NCBI GenBank assembly: GCA_039961735.1
Contig: JABRVX010000044.1
Coordinates: 3,212 to 67,211 of the forward strand
Source of the DNA: Fimbriimonadia bacterium
GTDB lineage: Bacteria > Armatimonadota > Fimbriimonadia > Fimbriimonadales > JABRVX01
Direction: 5' to 3'
Length of the DNA: 64,000 nucleotides
Each line of letters opens with the position of its first letter. Position 1 is the first letter of the stretch. Shown here piece after piece: positions 58,669 to 64,000 of this stretch. The notes under the pieces were generated by a model that worked only from the letters and a program-made list of their open reading frames with translations, was not told the DNA's origin and made no database searches. The position numbers and the translations under genes were made by a program.

Positions 58669-59574
58669 ATGATTCGGCTCCTTGCGCGGTTGGATAGGCT
58701 GGACCGCCGTTGGCTCTACCTCACGCTGGTGGTGGCGGTTGCCTTTCCGCTATTCGTGGATGTGAAGCTCCCGAGCCGGATGGGTCACGAGGCACGGGGA
58801 CTGTATGACGCCATCGAGCGGCTCGACACGAAGAGCATCGTTCTGGTTCACAGCGACTGGGATGCGGGAACCCTCGGCGAGCTGAAAGGCCAGTTCACAG
58901 CCATCATTGCCCACCTCTTCCGGAACAACATCAAGTTCGCGGTGATCTCCGCCATCCCGCAGGGTCCCGCTTTCTCGGACGAGGTGGTGGACCGCCTCGC
59001 CGCTAAGTACGGGAAGAAGTACCTCGATGACTGGGTCCAACTCGGCTATCGCATCCCGACGAGCAACATCGCACAAGGTATCCAATCCCTCTCGAAGGAC
59101 TTCCGCGGTACCGCACCAACCGAGATTCGTGAGAACCGGGACGTGAGCACGATCCCTTGGCTGGCGCAGGTCAGCAACTGCGGAGACTTCGATCTCCTGA
59201 TCAGCGTCTCCTACGCACCGTATCTCGAGTACATCCAGTTTGGCTATGAGGTGTACGGTACGCCCTACGTGGCCGGCGTGTGCAGCATCAGCACCACCAA
59301 CATGTACCCGTTGATGGACGCTGGGCAACTCAAGGGAATGCTCGTCGGCGCGCGGGGCGGCGCGGAATACGAGGGCATTATGGGGCTGCCCGAATACGAT
59401 GCCCAGATGAAGGCCACAGAAAAGGAGCGAAAGAAGCGCTGGAGTGACCTTTCCTACGCGACAAAGGTGATCAAGTCACAGAGTTGGGCGCATCTGTTGC
59501 TGATCTTCGGGGCTATCGCCGGCAACATCGGCGCGTGGGCGCGAATGAAGGAAGAGGGTAAGAAGAGCAGATGA
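58669..59574 (+). CDS. Uncharacterised membrane-anchored protein
   Basis: N- and C-terminal hydrophobic helices around a soluble domain ending in G...GL.GARGGAEYE; ATGA coupling to the next gene. Confidence 0.75.
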   Translation: MIRLLARLDRLDRRWLYLTLVVAVAFPLFVDVKLPSRMGHEARGLYDAIERLDTKSIVLVHSDWDAGTLGELKGQFTAIIAHLFRNNIKFAVISAIPQGPAFSDEVVDRLAAKYGKKYLDDWVQLGYRIPTSNIAQGIQSLSKDFRGTAPTEIRENRDVSTIPWLAQVSNCGDFDLLISVSYAPYLEYIQFGYEVYGTPYVAGVCSISTTNMYPLMDAGQLKGMLVGARGGAEYEGIMGLPEYDAQMKATEKERKKRWSDLSYATKVIKSQSWAHLLLIFGAIAGNIGAWARMKEEGKKSR

Positions 59575-60440
59575 CCCCTCGCCGAAGGCTGACTCTGGTG
59601 ATTTGGGGCGTAGTGATTATCGTACTGCTCGCCCTGGGCATCCCGCGCTGGATCAAGTACGGATACGCCGAGATCGGCGTGTGGGTGGCAGCGCTCAGCA
59701 CTCTCGCCATCTTCAGCTTCCTGTACGAAGAGAACGCCGCATACCGGCTGGCCGAGCACCTGATGCTCGGCACATCCATCGGATTCGCTATCGGAGCGAC
59801 CATCATGGACATCCTTCGGCCGAACTGGTGGGTGCCGATGCTGCAGGGCTTCGAAACCCTGTTCGGCGGCACGGGCGGCAGCGCCGAGGTCTGGGGGGCC
59901 GCCGGGGCCATCTTCTTCGGCGTCTCCGCAGGCGTGATCGGCCTCCTGTGGTACGGCCTGTTTCATCCGAAGACCCTGTGGCTCTCCCGATTGGTGATGG
60001 GCATCGTGATGGGCGGTGGCGCCGGCCTTGCCATCAAACAGCAGTTCGTGTTGAACGTGCCGCAGGTCACCGCATCGTTCAAGTCACCCATCGTGCTGAA
60101 CGACGTCGGCGGCTTCGACGCCGCGGCTAGTATCAACAACACCATCTTCCTGGTCGCGCTGCTGCTCACCATCAACTTCTTCTTCTTCAGCTTCGACCAC
60201 AGCCGGAAAATCGGTGAATGGGCCCAGGGGCTCTTGGACCGCTTCCCCGTAGGTCTGCGGTGGGCCCCGGGGCTGGTGTTTATGCTGTTCTCGGGGCGGT
60301 TCTGGCTTATGCTCGCATTCGGGGTGTTCTTCGGCAACACCGTAATGACCCGACTCTCCGTATTCATAGAGAGGGTGTGGTATCTGGTGGACACGTGGGC
60401 ACGGCCGCTGTTCTCGGGCGTGTCACCGGTAGGACAGTAG
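59571..60440 (+). CDS. Uncharacterised polytopic membrane protein
   Basis: Many hydrophobic helices; TLAIFSFLYEEN..YRLAEH motif. Confidence 0.78.
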   Translation: MTPRRRLTLVIWGVVIIVLLALGIPRWIKYGYAEIGVWVAALSTLAIFSFLYEENAAYRLAEHLMLGTSIGFAIGATIMDILRPNWWVPMLQGFETLFGGTGGSAEVWGAAGAIFFGVSAGVIGLLWYGLFHPKTLWLSRLVMGIVMGGGAGLAIKQQFVLNVPQVTASFKSPIVLNDVGGFDAAASINNTIFLVALLLTINFFFFSFDHSRKIGEWAQGLLDRFPVGLRWAPGLVFMLFSGRFWLMLAFGVFFGNTVMTRLSVFIERVWYLVDTWARPLFSGVSPVGQ

Positions 60441-60510
60441 GACCTGCTACCTCCGAGGTACCGGATCCGCCAATAAGGTAATATCCCGGCACGAGGCACC
60501 TACATTCCCC

Positions 60511-63500
60511 ATGCTGAACGACCTTTTCCGACGCTGGTTCGATACGAGTGACAAGGAAATCAAGGCGGCTGAGCCTATCGTCGCCGCCGTGAACGCGCTC
60601 GAGCCCGAGATGCAGGCGCTGAGCTTGGCTCGCCTTCGGGAGAAGTCGGACGAGTTCCGAAAAAGGCTGCAGGACGGCGAGACCACCGATGACTTGTTGG
60701 TCGAGGCCTTCGCCGTTTGCCGTGAGGCTGCACGGCGAACGCTGAACATGAGACACTTCGACGTGCAGCTCATGGGCGGGGTGGTGTTGTACAAGGGAAT
60801 GATCGCCGAGATGAAGACCGGCGAAGGCAAAACCCTCGTGGCAACGCTTCCCCTTTACCTCATCGGCCTCGAAGGGCGGGGCGCCCACCTCGTCACGGTC
60901 AATGACTACCTCGCCCGCCGTGACGCGGTCTGGATGGGAGCCATCTACCACGCCCTGGGGCTGAGCGTGGGTGTCATCCAGGGGCAAAGTGCCGAGTCGG
61001 ACGAGTTAGGTGGCTCCTATCGCTATGTGCCCGGCTACGAGGCTGCAGACCCCCGATATAACAATCTGGAGCCATGCACTCGCCGCGAGGCCTACGAGTG
61101 CGATATCACCTACGGCACTAACCATGAGTTCGGGTTCGACTACCTTCGCGACAACATGGCGTTCGACAAGTCGCAGCTCAACCAGCGGGAACTTCACTAC
61201 GCCATCGTGGACGAGGTTGACAGTATTCTGATCGACGAGGCACGAACCCCTCACATCATCTCGGGTATCGCCTCGGAGGACGTATCGGTCTACGGGAAGA
61301 TTGACAGCGTGGTCAAGCGGCTCGTGAAGGACCAGCACTTCACAGTAGATGAGAAGTCGCACCAAGTTTCGCTCAATGACTCCGGCTACGAACGCATTCA
61401 GGAGCTGTTAGGCATCGCGAACCTCGCCGAGCATCCAGAGATGATGCACTACGTGAACGCCGGGTTGAAGGCACATCATCTCTTCCACCGAGACGTCGAG
61501 TACGTAGTGAAGGATGGCGAAGTGGTGATCGTGGACGACACCACCGGACGCCTGATGTTCGGAAGACGATTCTCGGATGGCTTGCACCAAGCCATCGAAG
61601 CAAAGGAAAAGGTGCCGATCCGACACGAGAGTCAGACCGTCGCCGTTATCACCTTCCAGAACCTCTTCCGCCTTTATCACAAGCTGGCAGGCATGACAGG
61701 TACTGCGAAGACGGAAGAGGACGAGTTCCGCAAGATCTACGGCCTCGAAGTGGTAGTGGTACCGACGTACAAGAAGATGATCCGGACCGATCATCCGGAC
61801 GTCGTGTACAAGTCCGAAGAACAGAAGTTTCGCGGGATTGCACGCGAGATACTACGCCTCTATGTGAAGCAGCAACCCGTTCTGGTAGGCACCCGCTCCA
61901 TCGAGATGTCGGAGAAGGTCTCAGGCAGGCTCACCGCAGACAAGCTGCAGACACTGATCCTGATTGACCGCATCCGCGACAAGATTCAGGGTGACAAGTC
62001 GATCTCCAAGCAGGATCGCAGTGAGATTCTCGAGGTCATCAACCGCCCGCTGGAACCGCCGACTGAAAACTCCCAGCTCCCGGGACAGCAAGTGAAGAAA
62101 GCTCCTCGCGAGCTGCTGAAGCGATCCGATCTGCACGACATCCTTCGTCGCTTCGGGATTGCAACCGACCCGCTTGCTCCCGAACACGGGGAGTGGTTCG
62201 TCAACCAACACGGTCTGCCTGCCGAGAACATCGAGCACTTCGACGAAGCCATCCGCCATGGCATCCCACACAACGTTCTGAACGCGAAGTTCCATGAGAA
62301 GGAAGCGCTTATCATCGCCGAAGCCGGGCGCAAGGGTGCTGTCACCATCGCTACTAATATGGCAGGTCGTGGCGTGGACATCCTTCTCGGTGGAAGTATC
62401 GCCAAACAGGAGGACACGCAGAGCGTCGAGCAGCAGGAGGCAGAGGCGAAGGAGATTGCTGCGGGCACCTTTGTCAGCCACCGACGCGGGGGCAAGCAGC
62501 GTGCCGCACCACCATTGCCGCTCTCCGAACAGGAACGCTCGGAGCTTGCCGCCGAGGTGGTGAAGCTAGGTGGGCTCTACATCCTCGGCACCGAAAGGCA
62601 CGAGAGCCGTCGCATCGACAACCAGCTCCGAGGGCGCTCCGGCCGTCAGGGCGACCCGGGCGAGAGCCGCTACTTCGTGTCACTGGAAGACCGTCTTTGG
62701 CAGGTGTTCGGCGCAAACATGCTCGCAAACCCCTTGCTGAAGAGCTGGCCAGAGGACGAGCCAATCGAAGTCAAGTTTCTCAGTAACACCATTCGCAAGA
62801 TTCAGGAGCGCATCGAGTTCCACTTCTTCGAATACCGCAAGCACGTGCTGGAGTACGACGACGTGATCAACGTGCAGCGCGAGAAGATCTACTCGGATAG
62901 GCGCAAGGTGCTGTTAGGCGCCGACATGCGCGATAAGGTGCTGGAAGACCTCGAGACCGAAATTGAATTGCGGCTCGACGCGTTCTTCGACCCCGAGACT
63001 AACGAGTGGAACTACGAGGGCGTGTATCGTAGCATGAACGAGCTGTTCCCACTCGTTCAGTACGTACCGCTCGAAGAGATTCAGGGGCTAAAGCGCGAGG
63101 AACTGTACGATAAACTCGTCTCGACGATGCATCGGGCCTATGAAGACCGCGAGCGAGAGTTGGGGACGGAGACCGTAAGGATGTTGGAGCGCATGATCGT
63201 GCTCCGTGCCATCAACGACAAGTGGATGGAACACCTCGCAAGCATTGACCAACTGCGTGAGGGCATCGGCCTGCGCGGCTACGCACAGCAGGATCCACTA
63301 ATCGCGTTCAAGAAGGACTCGCACGAACTGTTCCTGGAGACGTTGGCAAACATCAGTCGCATGGTGGCGATGTGGGCCTTCCACGTTCAGGTGCAACGCG
63401 AACCGGTGACGCCGAGACAGATGGTACGACTGGACGAACATCCTGCCGGCTCGCAGGCCTCGCCGCCCGAGGCGCTGGCCGGACGCCCGACGAACGACGG

Positions 63501-63630
63501 GCGCCGCGACGGCGTAGATAAGCCCCGTGCGATCACCCCATCTTCCGGCGGCAAGGTCGGGCGCAACGATCCGTGTCCGTGCGGGAGCGGAAAGAAATAC
63601 AAGTTCTGCTGCATGCGCAAGGCGGTGTAA
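60511..63630 (+). CDS. secA: Preprotein translocase ATPase SecA
   Basis: EMKTGEGKT, VDEVDSILIDEARTP, TNMAGRG, RRIDNQLRGRSGRQGDPG, SEC-C motif GRNDPCPCGSGKKYKFCC. Confidence 0.99.
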   Translation: MLNDLFRRWFDTSDKEIKAAEPIVAAVNALEPEMQALSLARLREKSDEFRKRLQDGETTDDLLVEAFAVCREAARRTLNMRHFDVQLMGGVVLYKGMIAEMKTGEGKTLVATLPLYLIGLEGRGAHLVTVNDYLARRDAVWMGAIYHALGLSVGVIQGQSAESDELGGSYRYVPGYEAADPRYNNLEPCTRREAYECDITYGTNHEFGFDYLRDNMAFDKSQLNQRELHYAIVDEVDSILIDEARTPHIISGIASEDVSVYGKIDSVVKRLVKDQHFTVDEKSHQVSLNDSGYERIQELLGIANLAEHPEMMHYVNAGLKAHHLFHRDVEYVVKDGEVVIVDDTTGRLMFGRRFSDGLHQAIEAKEKVPIRHESQTVAVITFQNLFRLYHKLAGMTGTAKTEEDEFRKIYGLEVVVVPTYKKMIRTDHPDVVYKSEEQKFRGIAREILRLYVKQQPVLVGTRSIEMSEKVSGRLTADKLQTLILIDRIRDKIQGDKSISKQDRSEILEVINRPLEPPTENSQLPGQQVKKAPRELLKRSDLHDILRRFGIATDPLAPEHGEWFVNQHGLPAENIEHFDEAIRHGIPHNVLNAKFHEKEALIIAEAGRKGAVTIATNMAGRGVDILLGGSIAKQEDTQSVEQQEAEAKEIAAGTFVSHRRGGKQRAAPPLPLSEQERSELAAEVVKLGGLYILGTERHESRRIDNQLRGRSGRQGDPGESRYFVSLEDRLWQVFGANMLANPLLKSWPEDEPIEVKFLSNTIRKIQERIEFHFFEYRKHVLEYDDVINVQREKIYSDRRKVLLGADMRDKVLEDLETEIELRLDAFFDPETNEWNYEGVYRSMNELFPLVQYVPLEEIQGLKREELYDKLVSTMHRAYEDRERELGTETVRMLERMIVLRAINDKWMEHLASIDQLREGIGLRGYAQQDPLIAFKKDSHELFLETLANISRMVAMWAFHVQVQREPVTPRQMVRLDEHPAGSQASPPEALAGRPTNDGRRDGVDKPRAITPSSGGKVGRNDPCPCGSGKKYKFCCMRKAV

Positions 63631-63671
63631 GACCCCGCACCCCGCGCTCACAACCACCACCACTCGCTACG

Positions 63672-63708
63672 CCCTATCCCTGACCACTGCGAGTGGTCAG
63701 GGATAGGG
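63672..63708. terminator. 17-bp perfect hairpin after secA
   Basis: ccctatccctgaccact-gcg-agtggtcagggataggg; no T tract, so it may be a repeat element rather than a terminator. Confidence 0.5.
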
Positions 63709-63755
63709 GCGAGAGGGTGGTCCGGTACGCTTTGGATATGACCTACACCTGTCCC

Positions 63756-63862
63756 CGTCATGCTGAGCCCGTCGAAGCATGAGGCCGGGAGCTGCCATGG
63801 TAGTCCCCGACGCTATCAGCATGCGGCTTGCCCGGGCATGCTTCGACGGGCTCAGCATGACG
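63756..63862. repeat. 107-nt REP-doublet/MITE-like element
   Basis: Perfect 25-nt inverted arms with a 57-nt interior. Confidence 0.9.
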
Positions 63863-63936
63863 GGTACGTCGTCCTTCGTATGCAAAGCACAAGATATGCA
63901 TAACGCCAGGCCGAGAGACATTATCAACCAGGGAAC

Positions 63937-63975
63937 CTCCTATTCTTCACCACTTCGAGTGGTGAGGAATAGGAG
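63937..63975. repeat. 18-bp hairpin (second palindrome family)
   Basis: ctcctattcttcaccact-tcg-agtggtgaggaataggag. Confidence 0.65.
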
Positions 63976-64000
63976 CGAGAGGAGACCGTCCTCACGATCA

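Noticed and set aside
61935-62256. Intein in secA
   Set aside because: No N-terminal Cys/Ser block or C-terminal His-Asn motif, and no LAGLIDADG motif.

Overview
This is a GC-rich bacterial chromosome segment. The lineage is probably Armatimonadota or a related Terrabacteria group. That call is an inference from PEP-CTERM proteins, dockerin-like C-terminal tails, the yggT-divIVA-yggU cluster and futalosine-pathway mqnC. Housekeeping genes (rpmB, dsbD, serC, gatB, folC, htrA, S41 protease, mqnC, rpsT, proS, era, secA) alternate with many secreted beta-propeller or surface proteins. Carbohydrate genes include a GH65 + beta-phosphoglucomutase pair, a GH35 + three GT4 + methyltransferase locus and a GH42-like protein. 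Main observations: (1) a G11 tract puts a well-formed signal peptide out of frame with a PQQ-type propeller gene (phase variation candidate); (2) a family of 106-107 nt elements with 25-nt terminal inverted repeats occurs four times, and its arm also forms 26-nt tandem arrays; (3) a decayed island at 29.8-33.0 kb holds a pretoxin-HINT / DUF2380-like toxin / double-CXXCG-like immunity cassette, a frameshifted HNH nuclease and a DnaE-dockerin-GH35 chimeric frame; (4) a shared Ig-like + dockerin-like C-terminal module ending G-x-P-TAG; (5) yggU apparently starts at ACG behind a perfect Shine-Dalgarno (SD) site. No rRNA, tRNA or CRISPR array was recognised. All family assignments come from motif recognition by eye and were not checked against databases.
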